A DNA stretch of 27,631 nt. Origin: a virus. Lineage: Duplodnaviria > Caudoviricetes. Numbering within the stretch: the stretch's first letter is position 1; the number at the start of each line of letters is the position of its first letter. Of the stretch, positions 13,257 through 21,744 are shown piece after piece. Location of the stretch: positions 1 through 27,631 of the IMG/VR virus record IMGVR_UViG_3300044448_000824. The stretch is one strand, 5' to 3'. The notes below the pieces were generated by a model that did not search any database, was not told the DNA's origin, and saw only the letters and a program-made list of their open reading frames with translations. The translations under genes and the position numbers were made by a program.

Positions 13257-15282
13257 TGTAGAAAACACAGTAATCAAACGTGAAGGTAAGCTACAGCTAG
13301 ATCCTTTCGAGCCAGAGAACACACTTGTTATGGTGGGTATGCTCGATGATCAAGGCAATGAAGACATCGTTACGTTTGATCACAGTGAAGTAGAGGCTAC
13401 TCCTAATGGTCATGCTATTGTACAGAGCAAGCTAGATCAGGCTACTGTACTGATTGGTCACAACATAGGCCATGACTTAGTGTGGCTATGGGAGTCAGGC
13501 TTTACCTACAGAGGTCCAGTGTTTGACACAATGATGATGGAGTATCTGATACTACGTGGTATCAAACAACCTCTGTCATTAGAAGCATGTGCTCAACGCT
13601 ACGATCTAGACACTAAGAAACAGGACACACTCAAGGCTTATCTCAAGCAAGGTGTATCAGTACGTGATGTACCACATGCTGAGTTAGCTGAGTATCTAAG
13701 TGCTGACCTACATGCAACACAACAACTGGCACATGAATTGCGTATCAAGCTAGTAGGTACAGAGGCTAGTGGTATGCATAATGTAGTGCAACTAACTAAT
13801 CAGATGGTTATTGCATTAGCTAAGATCTACACGAGAGGTTTTAACGTAGACATTACGGCACTTGAAGGTGTACGTATTGCATTTGAGGAAGAAAGAAAGG
13901 AGGTACTGTCATACTTAGAAACTAAAGTAAGGGAATTAATGGGAGATGTACCATTAAACTTAAGCAGTCCAGAGCAATTATCCACTCTGATATACAGTCG
14001 CAAGCCTGTAGATAAATCCATTTGGATTAATAAGTTTGATCCGTACATGGGGCAGACTGCTTTCAAACAACTGGTCAGGGAAGAAACTGACATAGTGTAC
14101 AAGTCATATGTAAAGCGGTGTGCTGATTGTTATGGGTCAGGTAAAATAAGAAAGGAGAAAAAGGATGGGACACCATACGCCAAAATGTCAAAGTGTAACT
14201 CGTGTGATGGCAATGGGTATCATGTTCTGCCTACTAGTATTGTTGGTGGTTTAAAGTTTAATGCTCCCAATGCTAAGTGGGCTACAGCTAATGGGTTCTC
14301 TACTAACAGAAAGAACTTAGAGCTACTAGCAAACTCAGCAAGAACTAAAGGCATGACTGATGCATTAGAGTTTCTTGAGAAGGTACAAAGGCTATCTGCA
14401 TTGGATACTTATCTATCCTCATTCGTTGGTGGGATAGCTAACAATGTGAAAGCTGATGGTAAGTTACACGTAAGACTTAACCAACACATGACATCTACTG
14501 GTAGGCTAAGTGGGAAAGAGCCTAACATGCAGAACATGCCACGTGGAGGTACGTTCCCGGTCAAGCGTGTATTCGTATCGAGGTTCAATGGAGGCAAGAT
14601 ACTTGAAGCTGACTTTGCACAGCTAGAGTTTCGCGTAGCTGCGTACCTATCTCAAGATCCTGTAGCTATCAGAGAAGTAACAGATGGTTTTGATGTGCAT
14701 TCCTACACAGCCAAGATCATTACAGATGCTGGGCAGGTTATGTCCAGACAAGATGCCAAAGCCCATACCTTTGCTCCTCTATATGGGGCTAGTGGATATG
14801 GTAGATCTAAAGCAGAGGCTACCTACTACACCCACTTCAATGAGAAGTACAAGGGTATTGCTAACTGGCACAACACTCTTGCCAAAGAAGCACTTAACAC
14901 AGGCAAGATTACAACACCATCAGGTAGGGAGTTTTCTTTTCCTGATGTACAAAGAAATGCACGTGGTAGGATCAGTTACTTTACACAGATCAAGAACTAT
15001 CCTGTGCAATCATTTGCTACAGCAGACATTGTGCCTGTAGCATTAATATGGATAGAGACTTTATTGAAAGGTAAAAAGTCCTGTGTTGTCAATACAGTAC
15101 ATGATAGTATTGTCATTGACGTACATCCAGAAGAAGAAGAACAAGTCTTAATAGCTATCGAAGATTGTAATACTAATTTAGATACATGTATTAAACAACA
15201 TCTAGGTGTTGATATTAATGTACCTTTATTATTAGAATCTAAAATAGGAAATAATTGGCTTGACATTAAGGACGTTGCGTAG
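13240..15282 (+). CDS. polA: Family A DNA polymerase (3'-5' exonuclease + DnaJ-like Zn-finger insertion)
   Basis: Exo I LDVEN, GHNIGHDL, TSTGRLS, motif A ADFAQLEFR, motif B RQDAKAHTFAPLYG, NYPVQS and motif C TVHDS; CADCYGSG/CNSCDGNG insert. Confidence 0.95.
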   Translation: MKLTLDVENTVIKREGKLQLDPFEPENTLVMVGMLDDQGNEDIVTFDHSEVEATPNGHAIVQSKLDQATVLIGHNIGHDLVWLWESGFTYRGPVFDTMMMEYLILRGIKQPLSLEACAQRYDLDTKKQDTLKAYLKQGVSVRDVPHAELAEYLSADLHATQQLAHELRIKLVGTEASGMHNVVQLTNQMVIALAKIYTRGFNVDITALEGVRIAFEEERKEVLSYLETKVRELMGDVPLNLSSPEQLSTLIYSRKPVDKSIWINKFDPYMGQTAFKQLVREETDIVYKSYVKRCADCYGSGKIRKEKKDGTPYAKMSKCNSCDGNGYHVLPTSIVGGLKFNAPNAKWATANGFSTNRKNLELLANSARTKGMTDALEFLEKVQRLSALDTYLSSFVGGIANNVKADGKLHVRLNQHMTSTGRLSGKEPNMQNMPRGGTFPVKRVFVSRFNGGKILEADFAQLEFRVAAYLSQDPVAIREVTDGFDVHSYTAKIITDAGQVMSRQDAKAHTFAPLYGASGYGRSKAEATYYTHFNEKYKGIANWHNTLAKEALNTGKITTPSGREFSFPDVQRNARGRISYFTQIKNYPVQSFATADIVPVALIWIETLLKGKKSCVVNTVHDSIVIDVHPEEEEQVLIAIEDCNTNLDTCIKQHLGVDINVPLLLESKIGNNWLDIKDVA

Positions 15283-15288
15283 TATAAC
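15260..15288 (+). promoter_or_regulatory. Host sigma70-type promoter TTGACA-17 nt-TATAAC
   Basis: -35 at 15260-15265 and -10 at 15283-15288, upstream of a GAGGAG RBS and ATG 15326. Confidence 0.7.
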
Positions 15289-15325
15289 TATGCTCTTTTG
15301 AAAAACTATGTGAGGAGAAAAACAC

Positions 15326-16219
15326 ATGTCAATAACAACTGTAGATACAAACAACTATGACGAAATGGCTAAAGCAATGGGCATCACAGCAGATGCTGGT
15401 AGCAAGAGTAAGCAGACTAGCAATCTAGCTAGACTACGTATTGCTCATTCAGCTATTATGGGTGAAACTGAACTGAAAGGTAAGAAGGTAAATATGGAAG
15501 TGGTGTCAGGTGGACACTTCAAGTTAGAAGTACCAGACAGTAGCACTGTGTACGCACCACAGATTAAGATACGTACATTCTTACAACGCTTTATGTACAA
15601 GCGTTTCATTAAAGGTTCAGGCAATGTGCCTAATCGTTTTGTCAAGACTGTCATGGGTGAGTCCTTGTATGTCGATCTCAAAGACAACGATGGTGGGTTC
15701 AACTGTGGTAAGCCTAGTGGTTGGATCAAAGACTTCAAGGCACTGCCAACTGCACAACAGGATCTTATCAGACAGATCAAGCGCACACGTGTTGTGTTTG
15801 GTTTAGCTGATCTAGTTGATCCTATAGATGAGTCAGGTGCAGAAACTAAGGTAGGCACTACACCTTTCATATGGGAGATAGATAATCGTGATGCCTTTAA
15901 GATACTAGGTGACACATACAACTCCTTTAATAAGCAGAGATTACTACCTATCTCACATGTGCTTACTATTGGCACAGAAGAAAAGCCATTGCCTAATGGT
16001 AGTAGCTTCTATATTCCTGAAGTATCTGTTGATATGGACAACACGATTGCCCTGACATCAGATGATCAGTCTACGTTTGCTGATTTCATGGAGTGGGTAG
16101 ATAGTTACAATGAGTACATTGCTACTGCATGGAATGATAAATCCAAGCGTAAGATGTCTGCTGAAGATACAGACTTAGTGAATGAGTTTGTTGACCTTGA
16201 AGATGAAGCAGTAGTGTAA
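15326..16219 (+). CDS. Putative single-stranded DNA-binding/annealing protein
   Basis: Position between PolA and the exonuclease, acidic C-terminal tail and own promoter; function inferred from synteny only. Confidence 0.55.
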   Translation: MSITTVDTNNYDEMAKAMGITADAGSKSKQTSNLARLRIAHSAIMGETELKGKKVNMEVVSGGHFKLEVPDSSTVYAPQIKIRTFLQRFMYKRFIKGSGNVPNRFVKTVMGESLYVDLKDNDGGFNCGKPSGWIKDFKALPTAQQDLIRQIKRTRVVFGLADLVDPIDESGAETKVGTTPFIWEIDNRDAFKILGDTYNSFNKQRLLPISHVLTIGTEEKPLPNGSSFYIPEVSVDMDNTIALTSDDQSTFADFMEWVDSYNEYIATAWNDKSKRKMSAEDTDLVNEFVDLEDEAVV

Positions 16220-17085
16220 TGAATCATCCTGCTGAACTGGCACTAGCGCAGTACATGACAGATGCAGCCAATGGTAAAGCTGTGTTATCTGAAGATACAA
16301 TAGAACGTATTGGTAAGGATGTCATGGACGCACTAGCTCGTCAGTTTGGTGGGGGCAATAAGCGTGGTGAGTTCGGCTTGAGGATGTCTAATATAGGCAG
16401 ACCCTCTTGCCAACTCTGGTTTCAAAAGAACCAACCTGAGAAAGCACAGCCCCTACCCAGTAACTTTGTAATGAACATGATGTTAGGAGATATAGTAGAG
16501 GCAGTATTCAAAGGATTATTAACAGAAGCAAAGGTAGAGTATGGTGATGCTGATACAGTAGAGCTAGACTTACCTGAACAAGACACTAAGATCAAAGGTA
16601 CTTATGATATAGAGATTGATGGTGCTGTAGATGATATTAAATCTGCATCTGATTGGTCCTACAGAAATAAGTTCAAAGACTTTGCTACGTTAAAAGCACA
16701 TGACTCGTTTGGTTATGTAGGTCAGCTTGCAGGATATGCTACAGCGTCAGGTCTTAAACCCGGTGGTTGGTGGGTAGTTAATAAAGCAAATGGTAGCTTT
16801 AAATATGTACCAGCTAAAGGCATTGACATGATGGAAGAAATGTACCATATTAACAAGACAGTCAAGACTGTTAATAAGAATGAGTTCAAGAGATGTTTTG
16901 ATGCAGTAGATGAAGTCTTTAATGGTAAACCAACAGGAAATAAAATATTAGATACTGAGTGTAGCTGGTGTTCTTTCCGCAAAACCTGTTGGCCTGAGTT
17001 GAAAGAACTGCCAGCATTGAAGTCACGTGCAAAGGAACCTAAGATAGTTTCTTACGTGCATATAGAGAAGGAGAGTAGAGCATGA
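16219..17085 (+). CDS. PD-(D/E)xK Cas4-like exonuclease
   Basis: LRMSNIGRP.C, G..D....DDIKS, QLAGYA and C-terminal CSWCSFRKTCW. Confidence 0.8.
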   Translation: MNHPAELALAQYMTDAANGKAVLSEDTIERIGKDVMDALARQFGGGNKRGEFGLRMSNIGRPSCQLWFQKNQPEKAQPLPSNFVMNMMLGDIVEAVFKGLLTEAKVEYGDADTVELDLPEQDTKIKGTYDIEIDGAVDDIKSASDWSYRNKFKDFATLKAHDSFGYVGQLAGYATASGLKPGGWWVVNKANGSFKYVPAKGIDMMEEMYHINKTVKTVNKNEFKRCFDAVDEVFNGKPTGNKILDTECSWCSFRKTCWPELKELPALKSRAKEPKIVSYVHIEKESRA

Positions 17086-17234
17086 CTGATTTTCCTGAAG
17101 CAAGTTATCTTGAGGCAAATCCAGACGTTAAAGAAGCTGTAGAGAATGGACAGTTTCGTAATGGTAAGCATCACTACGATGCATATGGTAAAGATGAAAA
17201 CAGAAAGGGGTTAGAAGAATGGACACAGAGTTAA
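17082..17234 (+). CDS. Small protein (50 aa) made of one YLxxNPDV-type repeat unit
   Basis: AAGGAG RBS, ATGA coupling; MTDFPEASYLEANPDVKEAVENGQFRNGKHHYDAYGKDENRKGLEEWTQS*. Not in the track. Confidence 0.7.
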   Translation: MTDFPEASYLEANPDVKEAVENGQFRNGKHHYDAYGKDENRKGLEEWTQS

Positions 17235-17446
17235 CAGAATTAGAAAATGCAATCAGAGAAGCTGAATCACAGCTATCTGAAATGAAACGTGAGTACAAAG
17301 AGAAGCGTACTGCTTCCTTACGTGCTGCATTAGAGGCTAGGAAAGACATAGACTCTACGATACGTGAGGAGCTAAAGACATTAGGTTATAATATAAATAA
17401 CACAGGCTCTGGTGCATTTTCATTCTGGCATGGTAGAGCTTACTAA
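17219..17446 (+). CDS. Hypothetical coiled-coil protein
   Basis: Heptad-like charged helix; co-oriented in the operon. Confidence 0.7.
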   Translation: MDTELTELENAIREAESQLSEMKREYKEKRTASLRAALEARKDIDSTIREELKTLGYNINNTGSGAFSFWHGRAY

Positions 17447-17449
17447 CAC

Positions 17450-17905
17450 GTGATGAACTACACAAAGTTCTCTCATGCAAGGAAGTATGGGTACAGGTCA
17501 GGCTTAGAAAAGAAACTTGCAGATGAGCTTAAGGTTTTAAAAGTAAAGTTTTCATATGAAAGCCTTAAGATAGAGTGGGAAGATCTAGCCTACCGTACCT
17601 ATACTCCTGATTTTGTACTGAATAATGGTATAATCATAGAGTCTAAGGGGATGTTTACTGCTGCGGATAGGCGTAAGCACCTAGCAATTAAGAGACAACA
17701 TCCTAAGTTGGATATAAGATTTGTCTTTGAAAACAGTAGAAGAAAGCTACGTAAAGGAGCGAAGAGTACGTATGGAGAGTGGTGTTATAAGTATGGCTTA
17801 CTGTATAGTAACAGAGTCATACCTGAAGAATGGGTAAAAGAAAAAGGCAAGAACAAACACAAGAAGTTTATAGCCTTTACAGGAACTAAGAGGAGAATTG
17901 TATGA
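17450..17905 (+). CDS. Endonuclease I (T7 gp3-like Holliday junction resolvase)
   Basis: GYRSGLE, YE, YTPDFVL.NGIIIESKG, DRRKHL, HP.LDIRFVF and TYGEWC motifs. Confidence 0.9.
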   Translation: MMNYTKFSHARKYGYRSGLEKKLADELKVLKVKFSYESLKIEWEDLAYRTYTPDFVLNNGIIIESKGMFTAADRRKHLAIKRQHPKLDIRFVFENSRRKLRKGAKSTYGEWCYKYGLLYSNRVIPEEWVKEKGKNKHKKFIAFTGTKRRIV

Positions 17906-18264
17906 CAGAAGAATTGATACCTGAGTTTGATCCTAATGATTTTGCAATACGATTGCGTCCTCATATGGTAGATGGCAAATGGAATGGTGATGTAGATATA
18001 TGTATAATGTGGGATGACAAACACAAACTTACAGGAGAAGACTTTACAAAGCTGATGCATTTGACTAAAATGATTTGTGCTTCTGTACCTATGATGGAGT
18101 ACGATGAAGCACTAAGAAGTGACATAAGTAATTATGTAATAGACTACGAGAATGATACGTTACCAAAGACACATATAACTGAGCCTGTTCAGGCAGAAGT
18201 AACTAGTGTAGATGGTAATGTAATACACCTAACATTTAATACTAAGACGAAAGGATCAGCATAA
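17902..18264 (+). CDS. Hypothetical protein
   Basis: GAGGAG RBS, ATGA coupling. Confidence 0.75.
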   Translation: MTEELIPEFDPNDFAIRLRPHMVDGKWNGDVDICIMWDDKHKLTGEDFTKLMHLTKMICASVPMMEYDEALRSDISNYVIDYENDTLPKTHITEPVQAEVTSVDGNVIHLTFNTKTKGSA

Positions 18265-18581
18265 TGGATACACTTACAATGGGCAATGAGACTATTACAA
18301 TTAAAGATACCAGTGGGCCATTTTCATTCTCATCTTTTGATATGGTAAATCATCCACCACACTATAATCAAAATGGGGTAGAGTGCATTGACGCTATCAG
18401 TGCTGCTACAGGTAATAACTTTAAGTACTACCTACAAGGTAACATAATGAAATACTTATGGAGGTTTGATTACAAAGGTAAAGCTGTAGAAGATCTCAAT
18501 AAAGCTAAGTGGTACTTAGATAAGCTAATAGAAGAGACTGAGAAGAATGAAGTGAGTGATTTAGCGGAATCATTTACATGA
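18264..18581 (+). CDS. DUF3310 (SaV / T7 gp1.7-like) protein
   Basis: DMVNHPPHY..G.ECIDAI, GNIMKYLWR..K...EDL.KA.WYL. Confidence 0.88.
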   Translation: MDTLTMGNETITIKDTSGPFSFSSFDMVNHPPHYNQNGVECIDAISAATGNNFKYYLQGNIMKYLWRFDYKGKAVEDLNKAKWYLDKLIEETEKNEVSDLAESFT

Positions 18582-18739
18582 AAGTAAAAGTATTTATAAC
18601 CTTAGACATTGACAAGGAGGAGTATCCTATGCCCTCTGATGGAGATGTTGCATCTGAAATAGATGATGGCTTACGTGACTACATCCATGATGTAGGAGGT
18701 TTAGAGGTATCATCATTAAAAATTACTATGGAGAGATAG
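18578..18739 (+). CDS. Small hypothetical protein, 53 aa
   Basis: ATGA coupling; MKVKVFITLDIDKEEYPMPSDGDVASEIDDGLRDYIHDVGGLEVSSLKITMER*; fills the gap before the RNR gene. Not in the track. Confidence 0.65.
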   Translation: MKVKVFITLDIDKEEYPMPSDGDVASEIDDGLRDYIHDVGGLEVSSLKITMER

Positions 18740-18741
18740 AC

Positions 18742-20679
18742 ATGCACACAAATAACTATTTAAGTTCTGACTACCAAAATTTTATTGCACTATCACGTTA
18801 TGCCAGATGGAGAGAAGGTGATCAGAGGCGTGAAGGTTGGTTTGAGACAGTGGAGAGATACTTTAACTATCTTGAGGACTATGTACGAGAGAATTATGGC
18901 TATATGATGCCTGATGATATACACAAGAAACTATCTAGTGCAGTACAGGACTTAAATGTTATGCCAAGTATGAGAGCGTTGATGACAGCAGGTGCACCAT
19001 TGGATATATGCCACGTGCCTAGCTACAACTGTTCATATATGACAGTAGATACGCCAAGAGTATTTGATGAATGCATGTACATACTTATGTGTGGTACAGG
19101 TGTTGGCTTCTCTGTTGAGAAAAAGTACACAGAGAAACTACCCTTTGTTAATGAAGAACTCCACCACTCAGATACAGTAATTAAAGTAAGAGACTCACGT
19201 GTTGGTTGGGCAAAGTCTCTCAAAGAATTACTAGCTATGCTATACTCTGGTCAGATACCTACATGGGATGTCAGTGAGGTACGTCCTGCTGGTGCTAGGT
19301 TAAAGACATTTGGCGGTAGGGCATCTGGTCCTGCACCACTAGAGGATCTGTTTAACTTCTGCATTGAGAAGTTTAAAGGTGCAGTAGGACGTAGACTAAC
19401 ACCACTAGAATGCCATGACATTATGTGTAAGATAGGTGAGGTAGTAGTTGTAGGTGGTGTAAGACGTAGTGCATTGATCAGCCTGTCAGACATTGATGAT
19501 GACCAGATGCGTCATGCTAAGTCAGGAGATTGGTGGAACAATGAAGGACAGAGAGCACTAGCTAACAACAGCGTAGCCTATGGTAATAAGCCTGATATGG
19601 GAACATTCATGCGAGAGTGGACAGCATTGTACGAAAGTCAGTCAGGTGAACGTGGTATATTCAACAGGCAGTCAGCACTGAAGCAAGCATCTAAAACTGG
19701 CAGAAGAAATGCTGATCATGTCTTTGGTTGTAACCCATGTTCTGAGATTATACTAAGACCATTTCAGTTCTGTAACCTGTCAGAAGTAGTCGCACGTAAT
19801 ACTGATACACTTAAAACACTTAAGGAGAAAGTAAAGTTAGCTACTATACTAGGTACATTACAATCTACACTTACTGATTTTAGATATCTACGTAAGATAT
19901 GGAAGATTAACACAGAAGAAGAGAGATTGTTGGGTGTATCTCTTACAGGTATCATGGACTGCCCAATATTAAATGGTAAGCAACAAAGTATTAGTCTTCC
20001 TAAAGTACTAGAGGAACTAAAGCAAGTAGCTGTGGATACTAACAAAGAGATATCAGAAGCAATAGGGATTAACATGTCAGTAGCTATTACATGTGTTAAG
20101 CCATCAGGTACTGTGTCACAGTTAGTAGACAGTGCCAGTGGCATTCATGCAAGGCATAGCCCATACTACATCAGGACAGTACGTGCTGATAATAAAGACC
20201 CTATGACACAGTTCATGGTTGATATGGGTATACCTAATGAGCCTGACGTTACTAAGCCATTAGACACTACAGTGTTTAGCTTTCCTACTATCGCACCAAC
20301 AGGGGCTGTGACACGTAATGATATGACAGCTATAGAACAATTAAATTTATGGCTAACATATCAAACACACTGGTGTGAACACAAACCATCTGTTACAATA
20401 TCAGTTAAACAGAACGAATGGATGGAAGTAGGAGCATGGGTATACGAGAACTTTGATGATCTATCAGGCATTAGCTTCCTACCCTACAGTGAGCATGTGT
20501 ATAAGCAAGCTCCCTATCAAGAGGTAGATAAGTCTACATGCATGGAGATGGTTAAGCGTATGCCAAGTAGAATAGATTGGAGTAAGCTATCTGACTACGA
20601 AAAAGAAGACGGTACATCTGGAGGCAGGGAACTAGCCTGTTCAGCAGGTGTATGTGAAGTTGTTGACTTAACTGCATAA
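18742..20679 (+). CDS. nrdJ: Class II (adenosylcobalamin-dependent) ribonucleotide reductase
   Basis: PSMR, YNC, GGVRRSALI, GCNPCSEI, FCNL, TCVKPSGT and C-terminal CSAGVCE; no nrdB small subunit next to it. Confidence 0.85.
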   Translation: MHTNNYLSSDYQNFIALSRYARWREGDQRREGWFETVERYFNYLEDYVRENYGYMMPDDIHKKLSSAVQDLNVMPSMRALMTAGAPLDICHVPSYNCSYMTVDTPRVFDECMYILMCGTGVGFSVEKKYTEKLPFVNEELHHSDTVIKVRDSRVGWAKSLKELLAMLYSGQIPTWDVSEVRPAGARLKTFGGRASGPAPLEDLFNFCIEKFKGAVGRRLTPLECHDIMCKIGEVVVVGGVRRSALISLSDIDDDQMRHAKSGDWWNNEGQRALANNSVAYGNKPDMGTFMREWTALYESQSGERGIFNRQSALKQASKTGRRNADHVFGCNPCSEIILRPFQFCNLSEVVARNTDTLKTLKEKVKLATILGTLQSTLTDFRYLRKIWKINTEEERLLGVSLTGIMDCPILNGKQQSISLPKVLEELKQVAVDTNKEISEAIGINMSVAITCVKPSGTVSQLVDSASGIHARHSPYYIRTVRADNKDPMTQFMVDMGIPNEPDVTKPLDTTVFSFPTIAPTGAVTRNDMTAIEQLNLWLTYQTHWCEHKPSVTISVKQNEWMEVGAWVYENFDDLSGISFLPYSEHVYKQAPYQEVDKSTCMEMVKRMPSRIDWSKLSDYEKEDGTSGGRELACSAGVCEVVDLTA

Positions 20680-20691
20680 GGAGTATACAAT

Positions 20692-21168
20692 ATGATTACA
20701 CTAGATATAACAGACGATATGGTAGTAGAAGCTAGGCACAAGATGTTAGAGATGGGCACATTAAAGCAGTCCATCTTGAATGGTGGAGGTACACTAGCAG
20801 GTTTCATAGGGGAGCAGGTAGCTCTGAAAGTAATGGGAGGTAAGTGGTTGAACACTTATGACTATGACATCATGCTTGACAATGGTAAGACAGTAGACGT
20901 AAAGACAAAGCAGACAAGTGTACCTCCACTAAGTCATTATGAATGTTCTGTGGCTAAGTTAAATACCAGACAAAAGTGTGACATGTATGCCTTTGTACGT
21001 GTTAAGAAAGATCTTAGCACTGCATGGTTCTTAGGTAGTAAGGATAAGATAGAGTACTTTGATAAGGCTGTGTTTAAAAAGAAAGGCGATAAAGATGGTG
21101 ACAATAACTTTGTTATCAGGTCTGATTGTTATAATATGGCAATTACTGAATTGGATCAACCGAATTAG
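20692..21168 (+). CDS. Hypothetical protein, possible PD-(D/E)xK nuclease fold
   Basis: G..GE, YDYDI...VDVKTK and DMYAFVRV patterns; AAGGAG RBS. Confidence 0.6.
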   Translation: MITLDITDDMVVEARHKMLEMGTLKQSILNGGGTLAGFIGEQVALKVMGGKWLNTYDYDIMLDNGKTVDVKTKQTSVPPLSHYECSVAKLNTRQKCDMYAFVRVKKDLSTAWFLGSKDKIEYFDKAVFKKKGDKDGDNNFVIRSDCYNMAITELDQPN

Positions 21169-21182
21169 CAGGGAGAAGTAGT

Positions 21183-21392
21183 ATGCGTAGAGGACTAAAC
21201 AAGAATGATGCACCACTAAAGATACAGTGGCGTAGAGGTTACGATGCTTTCTATAGGGGAGCAAAGTATACTAACCCATACAAAGAAAACTCCATGCAAT
21301 CTAGAGAGTGGGAACGTGGTTATAACAAGGCCTACTTTGAGACACTACGAAAGGTAAAGCATGAAGAGCAACTTAGAACAGTCGGCACTTAA
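21183..21392 (+). CDS. Ribosome modulation factor (RMF)-like small protein
   Basis: WRRGYDAFYRG....NPY......REWERGY parallels RMF (aHQRGYQAG..G....CPY.....SQWLGGW). Confidence 0.5.
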   Translation: MRRGLNKNDAPLKIQWRRGYDAFYRGAKYTNPYKENSMQSREWERGYNKAYFETLRKVKHEEQLRTVGT

Positions 21393-21744
21393 CTGGTTGA
21401 AGGAGAGATATGCAATGTTAGATTTTAATGATTACCAAAAGATCGCACAGACAACAGCCATATATCCACGAGAATATAGAATTACATATCCAGCTTTAGG
21501 TTTGGTTGGGGAAGCAGGTGAGGTAGCCAATAAGGTAAAGAAACTTATTAGGGATGGTGAAGATACCATGCCTCACGATTGGAAGGAACAACTAGCATCA
21601 GAGATAGGTGACGTACTGTGGTACTGTGCAGCACTGGCATCTGATCTTGACATGTCGTTGAGTGTTATAGCTAAACAGAATAAGGATAAGCTAGAAGCTA
21701 GGTTAAAGAAAGGTACAATACAGGGTAGCGGAGATAAGCGTTAG
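21361..21744 (+). CDS. mazG: MazG-like nucleotide pyrophosphohydrolase
   Basis: FNDYQ..A..TAIYP, ALGLVGEAGEVANKVKK, EIGDVLWY and N..KL..R...G.GD.R. Alternative start at ATG 21415 with an AAGGAG RBS. Confidence 0.88.
   Translation: MKSNLEQSALNWLKERYAMLDFNDYQKIAQTTAIYPREYRITYPALGLVGEAGEVANKVKKLIRDGEDTMPHDWKEQLASEIGDVLWYCAALASDLDMSLSVIAKQNKDKLEARLKKGTIQGSGDKR

Noticed and set aside
18742-20679. Class I RNR alpha subunit, or an intein/intron in the RNR or PolA
   Set aside because: No adjacent beta subunit, the motifs and length fit class II, and both ORFs are continuous with no splicing motifs.
907-21264. Numerous minus-strand ORFs in the track (e.g. 7845-8444, 15445-15975, 19764-20144)
   Set aside because: They are antisense shadows of well-supported plus-strand genes and have no recognisable motifs.
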